64,000 nt of DNA. It comes from Candidatus Poribacteria bacterium (lineage in GTDB: Bacteria > Poribacteria > WGA-4E > UBA9662). Position 1 is the stretch's first letter; every line of letters starts with the position of its first letter. Positions 41,864 through 51,745 of this stretch are shown here, piece by piece. A program made the translations under genes and the position numbers. Below the pieces are notes generated by a model. It was given only the letters and a program-made list of their open reading frames with translations. It was not told where the DNA came from and searched no databases. The stretch is from contig JAYZAL010000104.1 of the NCBI GenBank assembly GCA_036339735.1, forward strand, positions 70,833 through 134,832. Reading direction: 5' to 3'.

Positions 41864-43117
41864 ATGAATAAAAAAACGTTTGCCATTCTATTTGGCACCA
41901 TGTTTATGATTATGCTGGGGGTCGGTATTATCATCCCCCACCTAAATTACTATGCTCAAGAAATGGGAGCCACCTCATTCCAAATCGGTTTGTTGATCGC
42001 CACATATCCGGTAGTCCAATTTTTTGTTTCACCCTTTTTGGGGCGGTGGTCGGATCGAATTGGACGAAGACCAGTTATTTTGTTTGGGTTGGTGTGTAAC
42101 ACTCTAGCGTTATTGGGATTCGGCCTCTCTCAGGCTTTATGGCAACTGTTTATAGCTCGTGCAATTTGGGGACTATCTTCAGCAATTAGTGTAACCATCA
42201 CTGCTTATGTAGCAGACACAACTGATGAGGAACATCGAGGAACAGGTATGGGACTCATCGGAGCTGCTGTAGGTTTAGGATTTATCCTTGGGCCGGCCCT
42301 TGGCGCTATTTTTGGAAGTTCTCATCACCTGCCTTTTATTGTATCATCATGTTTGTCAGGTTTGAATACCATATTTGCAGCATTACTATTAGCTGAGCCA
42401 GGAAATAGAATATCCACAGACGAACCATACAACAGCTTTTCCTTAAAAGCCTTACTAACACACCGACTAACCCCACTTTTTTTAGTAGCTTTTATTGCTA
42501 GCTTTGCCTTCGCGGGCATCGAAACAATTTTCCCACAGTTTATCAAGGATCGATGGGGCTACGACACTAAAGAGCTTGTCTACATTCTAGTAGTTTCTGG
42601 CTTGATTGCCGTTGGCTTACAAGGGGGTTTGATCGGTCGGCTGATCAATCGGTTTGGTGAGTTTTGGCTGATAGTCACTGGTTTAGTAGCGATGGCTGTT
42701 GGATTAGCCATTCTACCATGGGCCGCTAATTTTCCAACCTTATTGGCCTACTTTTGTTTAATCGCCATTGGAAGTAATACTATTCGCCCAACCAATAGTG
42801 CTTGGATCTCTAAATATGCTGCAGCGGAACAAGGGACAGCCATCGGATTTATGAATTCTTATATCAGCTTAGGCCGAATCCTTGGTCCTATTATCTCCGG
42901 ATTATTCTACACCGACACACAAAGAAGAGGTGTCGTTTCTGGATTTTTAGTTGATCAATTCACACCATTGGAAAGTAAAGAACTACCAGCTTGGCTACAA
43001 TGGGTCAGTTCGGCTTTCGATTTACCCTATTTACTATTATCCGTAGTTTCAGTATTGGCTCTTTTACTTCTACTTCGACCTCTGATGAAATTACGAAAAT
43101 CGCTAACTGCTAGCTAG
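41864..43117 (+). CDS. MFS transporter (TetA/DHA1-like)
   Basis: GRWSDRIGRRPV motif A, AYVADTT, GLGFILGPALG motif C. Confidence 0.9.
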   Translation: MNKKTFAILFGTMFMIMLGVGIIIPHLNYYAQEMGATSFQIGLLIATYPVVQFFVSPFLGRWSDRIGRRPVILFGLVCNTLALLGFGLSQALWQLFIARAIWGLSSAISVTITAYVADTTDEEHRGTGMGLIGAAVGLGFILGPALGAIFGSSHHLPFIVSSCLSGLNTIFAALLLAEPGNRISTDEPYNSFSLKALLTHRLTPLFLVAFIASFAFAGIETIFPQFIKDRWGYDTKELVYILVVSGLIAVGLQGGLIGRLINRFGEFWLIVTGLVAMAVGLAILPWAANFPTLLAYFCLIAIGSNTIRPTNSAWISKYAAAEQGTAIGFMNSYISLGRILGPIISGLFYTDTQRRGVVSGFLVDQFTPLESKELPAWLQWVSSAFDLPYLLLSVVSVLALLLLLRPLMKLRKSLTAS

Positions 43118-43131
43118 CTTGCACCAAGACT

Positions 43132-43893
43132 TTACCGGCTAGGTATCCATTCTCCACCATCTACCCTTAGGTTGGCCCCAGTAATGTGGTCGGCTGAAGC
43201 CGAGCATAAAAAAGCAGTGGTCTTCCCGATGTCAGAGATGTCCGCGGCCTTCCCCAAAGGTAGACTTTTCCAAGCAGCTTGCAGTTGGTCTTCGTTCATG
43301 AATTGGCGTTCCCCTGGTGTATCAGTCCAACCAGGCTCAATAACGTTAACATTAATACGGTGCTCGGCCAGTTCCCCTGCAATAGTATAAGCCATATTAT
43401 TAATGGCTGATTTAGACATGTTATAAGCTACCGCTCCAGCAAAGGGACGGAACGAATGAACTGAACTAATAATCACAATTTTCCCCCCTTGTGCTCGATT
43501 CGCTTGATGCTTAGCAACTACATGTGTAACATGAAATACACCCCACATACAAACATCTATCGTTTTCTCTATATCCTCAATATTTGCTTCTAAGAAAGGC
43601 TTTCGTATACTCATGGCTGCATTGGCGACCAAAATGTCGATTTTACCAAAGGCCTCCACACCTTGATTAACCATGGCTTCTACTGCATTTCGGTCGGAAA
43701 CATCTGCACCAACAACGATCGCAGATCGCCCTAAATCTCTAACAGCTTTTGCTGTCTCTTCACCTTCAGCGTGGTGGCTACGATAGTTTACAATTATGTC
43801 TGCACCAGCTTTAGCAAGTTCAATTGCACAACCACGACCGATACCACGAGACGATCCTGTTATTAATGCCACCTTTCCAGTCAAATCTATCAT
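43132..43893 (-). CDS. Short-chain dehydrogenase/reductase
   Basis: TGSSRGIG, YNMSK, INVNVIEPG, ITGANLRVDGG. Confidence 0.93.
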   Translation of the reverse strand: MIDLTGKVALITGSSRGIGRGCAIELAKAGADIIVNYRSHHAEGEETAKAVRDLGRSAIVVGADVSDRNAVEAMVNQGVEAFGKIDILVANAAMSIRKPFLEANIEDIEKTIDVCMWGVFHVTHVVAKHQANRAQGGKIVIISSVHSFRPFAGAVAYNMSKSAINNMAYTIAGELAEHRINVNVIEPGWTDTPGERQFMNEDQLQAAWKSLPLGKAADISDIGKTTAFLCSASADHITGANLRVDGGEWIPSR

Positions 43894-43918
43894 TTTACTG
43901 CCTTTTTAGTTATTAACC

Positions 43919-46582
43919 TTAAGAAAGCATCTTCAGGTTAGCTTCTAGTTTTTCTTGTTCATTTTCAAAATCAGCTAACAATTGACGTTTCTGTTCTACT
44001 ACTTCAATTGGAGCACGAGAGACAAAATTTTCGTTATCTAATTGTTTTCTGACACCTTGAACTTGTTGATTGACTTTTGCTAGTCGTTTCTGCAACCGTT
44101 TTTTTTCTTTCTCTAGATCAATTACGCCTTCTAAAGGTACATATATGGTTAGTTCGTTGACCACAGCGGTGGCTGCAGATGTTGGCTTTTCTTGATGTTG
44201 AGAAATTGAAATTTGCGAAAACTTGGTAAAGGACGATAAATATTGGCTTAAGTGCTTTTGTAAGGTCTGTCTTGTTGCTAGTTTCGGTGCCTGAATCAGT
44301 ATTTCAACTTGGCTAGAAGGTGGAACATTCATTTCACCTCTTAAACTACGAATTGCGTCAATAGTGTCCATGATCACCTTCATTTCTCTCGTTGCTGATG
44401 AATTCTCCAAGTCAGGGTCAAACCTGGGATAGGTATCAATCATAATACTAGAACATGAACGCTCCATCGGTAAATTTTGCCAAATTTCCTCAGTAATAAA
44501 AGGCATAATTGGATGCAGAAGTCGCGTAACCCCATCGAGGATTTCAACTGCCACTGACTGTGCCGTCCGCTTAGCAACGGTATCATCAGCGTAGTAGAGT
44601 CGTTGCTTAATCATCTCCACATACCAATCACAAAATTCATGCCAGATGAACTCATACAAAACATGAGCCGCATCACTGAATCGGAATTGATCCAAGGCTC
44701 TTAGTGTATCTGAAGTTGTTTGATTGAACCGACTACGAATCCAATGATCAGCTAACTGCAAATCACGCTCTTTTTCAGGTAGTAAATGTTCATCGTCTAT
44801 ATTCATTAATAAAAAGCGAGATGCATTCCAGATTTTGTTGGTGAATCGCTTACCGGCTTCTATTTGATATTCAGGTAAAGGCATGTAAGGGCTAGGAATA
44901 GTACAATATACAATTGCAAAGCGGAAGGCATCAGCCCCGTAACAGTCAATTGTTTCGACTGGATCAATAGTATTCCCCTTCGATTTACTCATTTTTTGAC
45001 CGGTTTCATCAGCAACCAAACCGTGTAAATAGACATGCTGGAACGGAACTTTATCTGTACACTCTAGCCCCAGCATAATCATTCGTGACACCCAGAAAAA
45101 AAGTATATCCCAACCTGTTACCAAAACCGATGTTGGGTAGCAACTGGCGAGTAAGTCGGTTTGCTCTGGCCAACCCATAGTAGAAAATGGCCATAATCCG
45201 GAGCTAAACCAAGTATCTAAGACGTCGGTATCACGATGTATATTTGAAGAACCACAGCCAGAACAAACTGCAGGGTCTTCTAACTCACATGTCAATGCTT
45301 CGCAATCGTCACAATACCAAATTGGAATTTGATGCCCCCACCATCGTTGCCTAGAAATAGCCCAAGGCTGAATGTTTTCCATCCATTGATGGAAGCGCTT
45401 GGTTTCACGCTCAGGAATGAAAATAATATCACCATTTTTAGAAGCAGATAACGCTCGTTCAGCTAATGGCTTCACGTTGACATACCACTGTGGAGACAAG
45501 TATGGCTCAACTATATGACCACATCGATCGTGATGCCCCACGGCATGTCGGTGTGGTTCTATTTTGATCAGTTGCCCCGTTTTTTGAAGCCTTTCGACAA
45601 GTTTTCTTCGGGCTGCAAACCTGTCCATACCTTGGTAGGCATCACCTACGTTTTGGTTCAATGTACCATCATTATTTAAAATATTAATCTGATCTAGTTC
45701 ATGCCGTTTACCAATTTCATAGTCGTTAGGGTCGTGAGCGGGAGTTACCTTCAAGGCACCAGTTCCAGTTTCTAAATCGACGTAATTGTCGGCAATAATT
45801 GGGATTTCCCGTCCTAACACTGGTAGAATAACCGTCTGTCCAATTAGATCTTTATAGCGATTGTCAGATGGGTTGACAGCTACTGCAGTGTCTCCTAACA
45901 TAGTTTCGGGTCGAGTAGTGGCAATTTCCAGTACTTTGTTACTATCTTTAATTGGATAAAGTAGATGGTAAAAGTGTCCATCAATTTCACGCGCTTCAAC
46001 TTCTAAGTCAGATACGGCAGTCTGGCAATGAGGACACCAATTCACCATATAGTCTCCACGAAATATTAACCCCTTTTTGAACAATTTCACGAAGGCTGAT
46101 CGAACTGCTTGAGACAATCCATCATCCAAAGTAAAACGTTCACGTTCCCAGTCACAAGAACAACCAATCTGTTGTAATTGATCAATGATGCGGCCTCTAG
46201 ATTCATCTTTCCATTCCCACATTCGTTGGATAAAATTCTCGCGGCCTAATTCTTGTCTACTAGTACCTTCATCTAGAAGTTTTTGTTCCATGATCAACTC
46301 GGTAACAATACCAGCATGATCAGTTCCTGGCATCCAGAGCGTATTGAATCCCTGCATTCTTTTCCAGCGAATTAGTGTATCTTGCAGTGTGTTATCTAGG
46401 GCGTGCCCAGTATGTAGGCTACCTGTAATATTAGGTGGTGGAATCACGATAGAAAATGACGGTTGGTCAGACTGACTTTTGGCTTGAAAATATTTTTTGT
46501 CTAACCAGGTTTGGTACCATTTCTTTTCGATCGTTTTTGGAGTATAAGTTTTGGCAATTTCTGTTTTGCTATTTTCTGGCAT
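43919..46582 (-). CDS. valS: Valine--tRNA ligase
   Basis: PPPNITGSLHTGHA (HIGH-like), GTDHAGI, ATTRPET, DVLDTWFSS, KMSKS, C-terminal coiled coil. Confidence 0.98.
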   Translation of the reverse strand: MPENSKTEIAKTYTPKTIEKKWYQTWLDKKYFQAKSQSDQPSFSIVIPPPNITGSLHTGHALDNTLQDTLIRWKRMQGFNTLWMPGTDHAGIVTELIMEQKLLDEGTSRQELGRENFIQRMWEWKDESRGRIIDQLQQIGCSCDWERERFTLDDGLSQAVRSAFVKLFKKGLIFRGDYMVNWCPHCQTAVSDLEVEAREIDGHFYHLLYPIKDSNKVLEIATTRPETMLGDTAVAVNPSDNRYKDLIGQTVILPVLGREIPIIADNYVDLETGTGALKVTPAHDPNDYEIGKRHELDQINILNNDGTLNQNVGDAYQGMDRFAARRKLVERLQKTGQLIKIEPHRHAVGHHDRCGHIVEPYLSPQWYVNVKPLAERALSASKNGDIIFIPERETKRFHQWMENIQPWAISRQRWWGHQIPIWYCDDCEALTCELEDPAVCSGCGSSNIHRDTDVLDTWFSSGLWPFSTMGWPEQTDLLASCYPTSVLVTGWDILFFWVSRMIMLGLECTDKVPFQHVYLHGLVADETGQKMSKSKGNTIDPVETIDCYGADAFRFAIVYCTIPSPYMPLPEYQIEAGKRFTNKIWNASRFLLMNIDDEHLLPEKERDLQLADHWIRSRFNQTTSDTLRALDQFRFSDAAHVLYEFIWHEFCDWYVEMIKQRLYYADDTVAKRTAQSVAVEILDGVTRLLHPIMPFITEEIWQNLPMERSCSSIMIDTYPRFDPDLENSSATREMKVIMDTIDAIRSLRGEMNVPPSSQVEILIQAPKLATRQTLQKHLSQYLSSFTKFSQISISQHQEKPTSAATAVVNELTIYVPLEGVIDLEKEKKRLQKRLAKVNQQVQGVRKQLDNENFVSRAPIEVVEQKRQLLADFENEQEKLEANLKMLS

Positions 46583-46724
46583 AGTAACCCTGTTCGCCTT
46601 CTATGTTATTTATCTGAACTATTATCATTTGGTTTGTTTATGAGCAACTAACTCAATTTACTACTGACGCTGAGTGAATATAATAATTCACAAAATCGAG
46701 CTAGAAATAAACAGGTGTCAAAGC

Positions 46725-47330
46725 TTAAGCTAGTAAACGACCATTTTTAACCGCTTGCTGGATCATGATTTCAGCTTGTTGCCAAAGTACAGCTGATCCA
46801 TCTTCGATTGGCTGGCAGCGTATCATCACTTGCTCTTTACTAATTTTGTGTTCTTGCCAACGTGAACCACCAGCGACAGTGTGTTGTAACAACGGTAAAA
46901 ATCGGTCTAAAGCGTTGGCGAACTGCGCTTCAGGTGTTTCTCTATCCTCAAACTCTTTCCACAGAGTATAGTAATTTTGGCCTTGTTCTGTTGGCAGCAA
47001 GCCGAATATACGATTAGCCGCTTTTGCCTCACGCTCAGCTTTATCTTGGTTAGCAAAGACATCGTGACAATAGGTATCCCCAGCATCAATTTCTACAAGA
47101 TCGTGGACTAGTAACATCTGTATTGTTCTAGTTAAGTCTATTGACTCATTAGCGTACTCAACAAGAGTGACAGCCATCAATGCTAAGTGCCAGCTATGTT
47201 CCGCGGTGTTTTCCAACCGATTACCACTACAAAGTGAGTTCTGGCGAATAATCTCCTTTAGCTGGTCAATCTCGCTTACAAAATCTATCTGCTGTTTTAA
47301 TCGAAATAATTGATCAACTGGTTTGATGAT
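46725..47330 (-). CDS. HD-domain phosphohydrolase (HDDC2/YfbR-like)
   Basis: EIDQLK..R, ENTAEHSWHLA, LVHDLVEIDAGD, EAQFANALDR; start codon uncertain. Confidence 0.85.
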   Translation of the reverse strand: MIKPVDQLFRLKQQIDFVSEIDQLKEIIRQNSLCSGNRLENTAEHSWHLALMAVTLVEYANESIDLTRTIQMLLVHDLVEIDAGDTYCHDVFANQDKAEREAKAANRIFGLLPTEQGQNYYTLWKEFEDRETPEAQFANALDRFLPLLQHTVAGGSRWQEHKISKEQVMIRCQPIEDGSAVLWQQAEIMIQQAVKNGRLLA

Positions 47331-48102
47331 TTTCGTCCTCCGTGATTTGTAGATTGACTTCAACCAGTTCTTGGATATCACTACGATAAACCCAGGTACC
47401 TTGACCGACATAATGAATTGCAAAAGCTCGCCGATACTTACTTGGTGATAAGTTGGCATAAGAACCATGGATTGTTAGCCCTGTAAAAAAAACACCACCG
47501 CCTGCTGGTACCGACAAATGTTTTATGTCCATTTGCTCTAAGTCATCCATTTCAAAGGAACACAGTTCTTCAGACCATTTTTTACCATCAGGAGAACTCA
47601 TGTCGTAGGTTTGCACCCAACTGACGTGCTCATCAGTATTCTGATTATGATGCGCTTTTTTTAACCCACTTTGATGACTATTGGCAACTATACAAAGTCC
47701 GCCATTCTCGGAACTGGTATCATCCAGAGCCAACCAGCAGGCCATCAATGTGTTTGGCTCATTAGGGATATAAAGCGTATCTTGGTGAAGAGCAACACCA
47801 GGAGAGGCTGAGTCTAATTCACCAAGAGGAGCCTTAGGAAGGTACATAGTTTGTACAATCATGGGTTTAGTTTCCAAGAGTTGAGCAGCATATGCGGATA
47901 CTTTAGGATGATGTGCTAAATAAGCCCATTGTGGATCAACAACATGTGTTCTTAAGCCTAAGCGCTTCTTATTTGGCTTCTCTTCGTTTTGTAAGAATGT
48001 GTTGATCTCAGTCGAAGTCAACAGATCAGGAACAACTAAATAGCCCATATCCTTATAGGACTGAACTTGTTGATTGCTAAGTTTCTGGTTGAGCGTTGTC
48101 AT
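47314..48102 (-). CDS. PhyH-family Fe(II)/2OG dioxygenase
   Basis: QTMYLPK, ALHQD (HxD), WLALDD, ENGGL, TIHGS, RRAFAIHY. Confidence 0.88.
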   Translation of the reverse strand: MTTLNQKLSNQQVQSYKDMGYLVVPDLLTSTEINTFLQNEEKPNKKRLGLRTHVVDPQWAYLAHHPKVSAYAAQLLETKPMIVQTMYLPKAPLGELDSASPGVALHQDTLYIPNEPNTLMACWLALDDTSSENGGLCIVANSHQSGLKKAHHNQNTDEHVSWVQTYDMSSPDGKKWSEELCSFEMDDLEQMDIKHLSVPAGGGVFFTGLTIHGSYANLSPSKYRRAFAIHYVGQGTWVYRSDIQELVEVNLQITEDENHQTS

Positions 48103-48113
48103 TCTGATTAAAT

Positions 48114-48908
48114 TTAGCTTTTGATTAAAAACGTCAAGTATTCGTATGCTTGCCTGACATACAAAGGTAGATTTTCATGGTCAATTACTTCTAATTCTAA
48201 CGCCAACGCCCCTTGATAGTTGATCGACCGAAGTTCATCAATTAGGCCAGGTAGATCAACATCACCTTCTCCAATCGGTACCGATTGTGCCCCTACCGTA
48301 TCCTTTAGATGAACATTATAGATTTTATCTGCGTACTGACCAATCAGAGCCTTCCAATTCACATTAGCGGCATGAAAGTGGCCAGTGTCAACGGTTATAC
48401 CGATCTGGGGCGAGTTTATTTCAGAAAAAATAAAATCAAAATCTTCAGCATCTTGAAACTGAGAATTGAGATGAGGTTCCAAACCGATCCTAATCGGTCT
48501 GTTTTCGATCAAATGGCTTAATTTTTTTAATCCAGCAACAGAAGCATCTAATCCGTTTTCAACGCGTTTCCCACCAGAAAAAACTAACAGGGGGCAACCC
48601 AACTCAATAGCAGCCTCAACATTGAGCATCAAATCGTCAATAGCTTCTTCAGCAGCCTCAGTAGAATCAGTGGGAATACCAAAAGCATACAACTCAGTAA
48701 TATGAGTTAACCCTACCGAATTAGCTCGTTTGAGCAAATCTGGAATATCCATTTGCTTGATAGCTTTTCGAGTCCAAGTCAGCGGTCCAGCAATCCCCCA
48801 ATGGGAAAAACCTACCTTTGGAGCATGTTCCAATGTTTCCAAAATTTCATCTTTACCTGGTTGTCTCAGGGCACAAGTAGTACAAGATAGAATCACACCA
48901 AACCTCAA
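48114..48908 (-). CDS. Sugar phosphate isomerase/epimerase (AP endonuclease 2 TIM barrel)
   Basis: GLEPH, DTGH, VHLKD, PIGEGDVD, YQGALALELE. Confidence 0.88.
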   Translation of the reverse strand: MRFGVILSCTTCALRQPGKDEILETLEHAPKVGFSHWGIAGPLTWTRKAIKQMDIPDLLKRANSVGLTHITELYAFGIPTDSTEAAEEAIDDLMLNVEAAIELGCPLLVFSGGKRVENGLDASVAGLKKLSHLIENRPIRIGLEPHLNSQFQDAEDFDFIFSEINSPQIGITVDTGHFHAANVNWKALIGQYADKIYNVHLKDTVGAQSVPIGEGDVDLPGLIDELRSINYQGALALELEVIDHENLPLYVRQAYEYLTFLIKS

Positions 48909-49920
48909 TTTACTTTGACCATGATTATAAATAGGCTATACCTCATTGTCAAGCGACGAGACAGCTGAAAGTCGCTTCACAAAAAGAAACATTCGCTTGT
49001 AAATCAGGGAAATTCTATTTGGCATTCTAGCAAACCTAATTCAATTATTCTCCTGGATCTGAGCTAATTAGACAGAAATATTTATTGGACTTATTTTTGT
49101 TTAATTAACAATCGAAGGACGGAGAGAGTATACAAATATGACAAATTGAATAGGTAAAAGGCTAATTCATCAAGAATTTTATATCGACGAGGAAAACAAT
49201 AGTCTAGACGTTAAGAAAGATTTGTAAACAATAACATCAGTATAGACTAGGTAGGGAAAATAAGGAATGCTCAAGAACAAATAATTTGGAAACTATTTAG
49301 ATTTAACAATGAAAGGTAAAACACTGTACTCTACACACAAGAATGAGAGTAGTAGGACTCTAGTAGGTCTGGGTCAGTTAACAGAATAATAAAGGTAAGT
49401 GAGATTACTAATTTTTTATTAAAAATTAATATCATCTTTACTATTAACATTATAAGCCTAGAGTTCAAAAACAACGAATATTTTTGGCTTTTACCCAAAG
49501 ATATAAGGGGTAACCAAGTCCATAGGATTCAAACTAAATTGGTTATTTTCTTAAGTACAGAATTTGATGGAAACTAATTGTCAGGTTACCAAGATTTACA
49601 ACTCAATTCTTTAAAAAATCTTTGAATAAGACGATGCAGACGTTGACAAAGGAAGAACTAGCTAACTCACCCTGTTAGCTTTCCTTTTGCCAACATCCAC
49701 TGGTTACCATCGAAAAGTTTTTTAACTTGAAGTAAAAGTCTATGTTTTTGCCAGAATAGATTTACAACTAATGGATATCTCAACCTGATTTCAACCGCCA
49801 AGAATCGACACCTGTTTAAGATATGAAGTTCGGCAAAAAGCTTAGATTGTTGAAACGAAGTTAGTTGATTTTCACTGGTAAGAATTCACGTAATTCCACG
49901 TCTACCTTAAACGGAAAAAC

Positions 49921-50397
49921 CTACTTCTCAGCTTCTGGGTAATACGTAGCTAAGGCTTCGATACTCTGTTTCAAAGCTGTTGCATGCTCTTTATCAGCAT
50001 TTTGCTTAGCTTTCATAGCAGCCAAGATAACCCCATGGTGCTTAACAAGTCGTTCGGTATAATCTTCTTGAGTAGGCTTAATTCTCTGAGTCATAAAATA
50101 GTCAGATATGGTAGAGATGATATTCTGACTATGAGTTTCTTTATTCGTTACCCAACGAGAGATTTGATTTAGTGATTGAGCATCAGAATGGCCAGATAAC
50201 TCTTCAATGGATTTGGTAGACTTGATTATAGTATCCGCATCTTCCAACATTGATTGAATTCGTGAATAATCATCGTAGATTCCACAGGGGATTTGGCAAT
50301 GAGCATGAACCACCTGATAGATCCCTTGAGGCAAACCTAATCCTAGACTTACCAAGGTACAAGTAAGAAATAACACCACATATCGATAGCTTTTCAT
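49921..50397 (-). CDS. sodN: Nickel superoxide dismutase precursor
   Basis: Ni-hook HCQIPCGIYD after a signal-peptide-like leader; NQISRWVTNKETH; GGAG RBS. Confidence 0.93.
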   Translation of the reverse strand: MKSYRYVVLFLTCTLVSLGLGLPQGIYQVVHAHCQIPCGIYDDYSRIQSMLEDADTIIKSTKSIEELSGHSDAQSLNQISRWVTNKETHSQNIISTISDYFMTQRIKPTQEDYTERLVKHHGVILAAMKAKQNADKEHATALKQSIEALATYYPEAEK

Positions 50398-50683
50398 ATT
50401 TAATCTCCGTCGTTTGTTTTTGTAAATTCATTTTGTGAAGTAGATTTTTTCAAAACAGTTTATCCTAAGATTATGACTAGTTAGTGAACTAGGCATGTGA
50501 TAAGTCTACGGACGAAACTCAATTGGGGCATCTAAATTATAACACAGCACTTAGAGTTTTTTACCTCAATCTGGAAAATTGGTAAAGCCTACAATGCGAC
50601 AAAACGACATCATTAGAATTAAATGCAGGTATCGCTAGACGTGTAAATTATTCTTCATTGATCTGCAGGTTTATCCTTTGCTA

Positions 50684-50712
50684 TTGACAGGTAATAATAG
50701 CTTTGATAGAAT
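50684..50712 (+). promoter_or_regulatory. Putative sigma-70 promoter for the 50788-52302 operon
   Basis: TTGACA-17nt-TAGAAT with TG extension. Confidence 0.7.
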
Positions 50713-50787
50713 TCTCCCTTGGCATGTCCCATACGATCTTGTTCGACACAAAAGGACAAAACAGAATTAACTGACTGAAGGAATGTT

Positions 50788-51393
50788 ATGTACCAAGAAT
50801 ATACAGTTCGGATACAAGAAATCGTTGATCAGTTAAGATCCAGAAACCCCTTACCTAGCTTAGAAACTGACTCAGTTTGGGATCAAGAGATCATTGATCT
50901 AATCCAGAATGTTTCTCTAAGTGATTTATTTGAGGGGCTCTCTGTTAGCAACAATGATTCTAGTAAATGTGTTCAGAGTGGCTTACTACTCTGGGCCGAT
51001 GCGCTAGATGCGTCACATGATATTTCTCAGCACATCCAAACCCAGACTGGTAGTTACTGGCATGCTATCATGCACAGAAGAGAACCAGACTATAGTAACT
51101 CTAAGTACTGGTTCGGTCGAGTAGGCGATCACCCAATTTTTCCTCAGTTGCGGCAAGAAGCTATCGAAACATTAGCTGAATTTGATGATAAACCTGTAGT
51201 ACTGTCTGAAATTGAGGATACAATCAAAAACAAAAGTGATTGGGATCCTTTTAAATTTGTGGATTGGTGTCAGTTAGCTAACAGTTCAGATGGCCAGAAA
51301 ATCCCACCTGCTCTAGTTAATTGGTTACAAAAACTACAAGTTGTAGAATTTAGTAACCTACTAGAGTATTCTTTTCAGCAATCACTTGCATAG
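50788..51393 (+). CDS. Conserved hypothetical protein
   Basis: GLLLWADALDASHDISQ..GSYWHAIMHRREPDYSNSKYWF..HP..WDPFKFVD motif block, recognisable as a conserved uncharacterised family. Confidence 0.75.
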   Translation: MYQEYTVRIQEIVDQLRSRNPLPSLETDSVWDQEIIDLIQNVSLSDLFEGLSVSNNDSSKCVQSGLLLWADALDASHDISQHIQTQTGSYWHAIMHRREPDYSNSKYWFGRVGDHPIFPQLRQEAIETLAEFDDKPVVLSEIEDTIKNKSDWDPFKFVDWCQLANSSDGQKIPPALVNWLQKLQVVEFSNLLEYSFQQSLA

Positions 51394-51400
51394 GTTGGTC

Positions 51401-51733
51401 ATGATGAAAGTAGAATGGTTTTATCGGCGGAGTGGCTGAACATCGTGTAAAAAGGCTCAGGCGGCGCTTGAGCAAGTGGAAATTGTTTCCTATGGAAATG
51501 CCAACAAAGAAAAGTTGAACCAAGAAGAAGTCGAGAGATTATTGGCTCAAGTAAAGAAAGTCAAAGTTGCGAAAGGAAAAAAGACATTAACTTTCGACAA
51601 TCTACGGAACGAACGTAAGCAAATACTGGATATTATTTTAGGAAGAAGTGGTACACTAAGATCGCCGACACTGCGAATCGGAGACCAGCTGATTGTTGGT
51701 TACAACGAAGAGTTATACCAGAATCTTCAGTAA
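51401..51733 (+). CDS. ArsC/Spx/YffB-like thioredoxin-fold selenoprotein (UxxC)
   Basis: ATG 51401 is in frame with ORF 51476 through TGA 51437-51439: MMKVEWFYRRSG-U-TSCKKA...LGRSGTLRSPTLRIGDQLIVGYNEE; SECIS-like hairpin follows. Confidence 0.85.
51455..51473 (+). promoter_or_regulatory. Putative bacterial SECIS element
   Basis: GCTCAGGC-GGC-GCTTGAGC hairpin starting 16 nt after the in-frame UGA, with G-rich apical loop. Confidence 0.7.
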
Positions 51734-51745
51734 TATTTAGTCGGA

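Noticed and set aside
48950-49600. Purine-rich non-coding stretch as a gene relic or ncRNA
   Set aside because: No interpretable reading frame or structure seen
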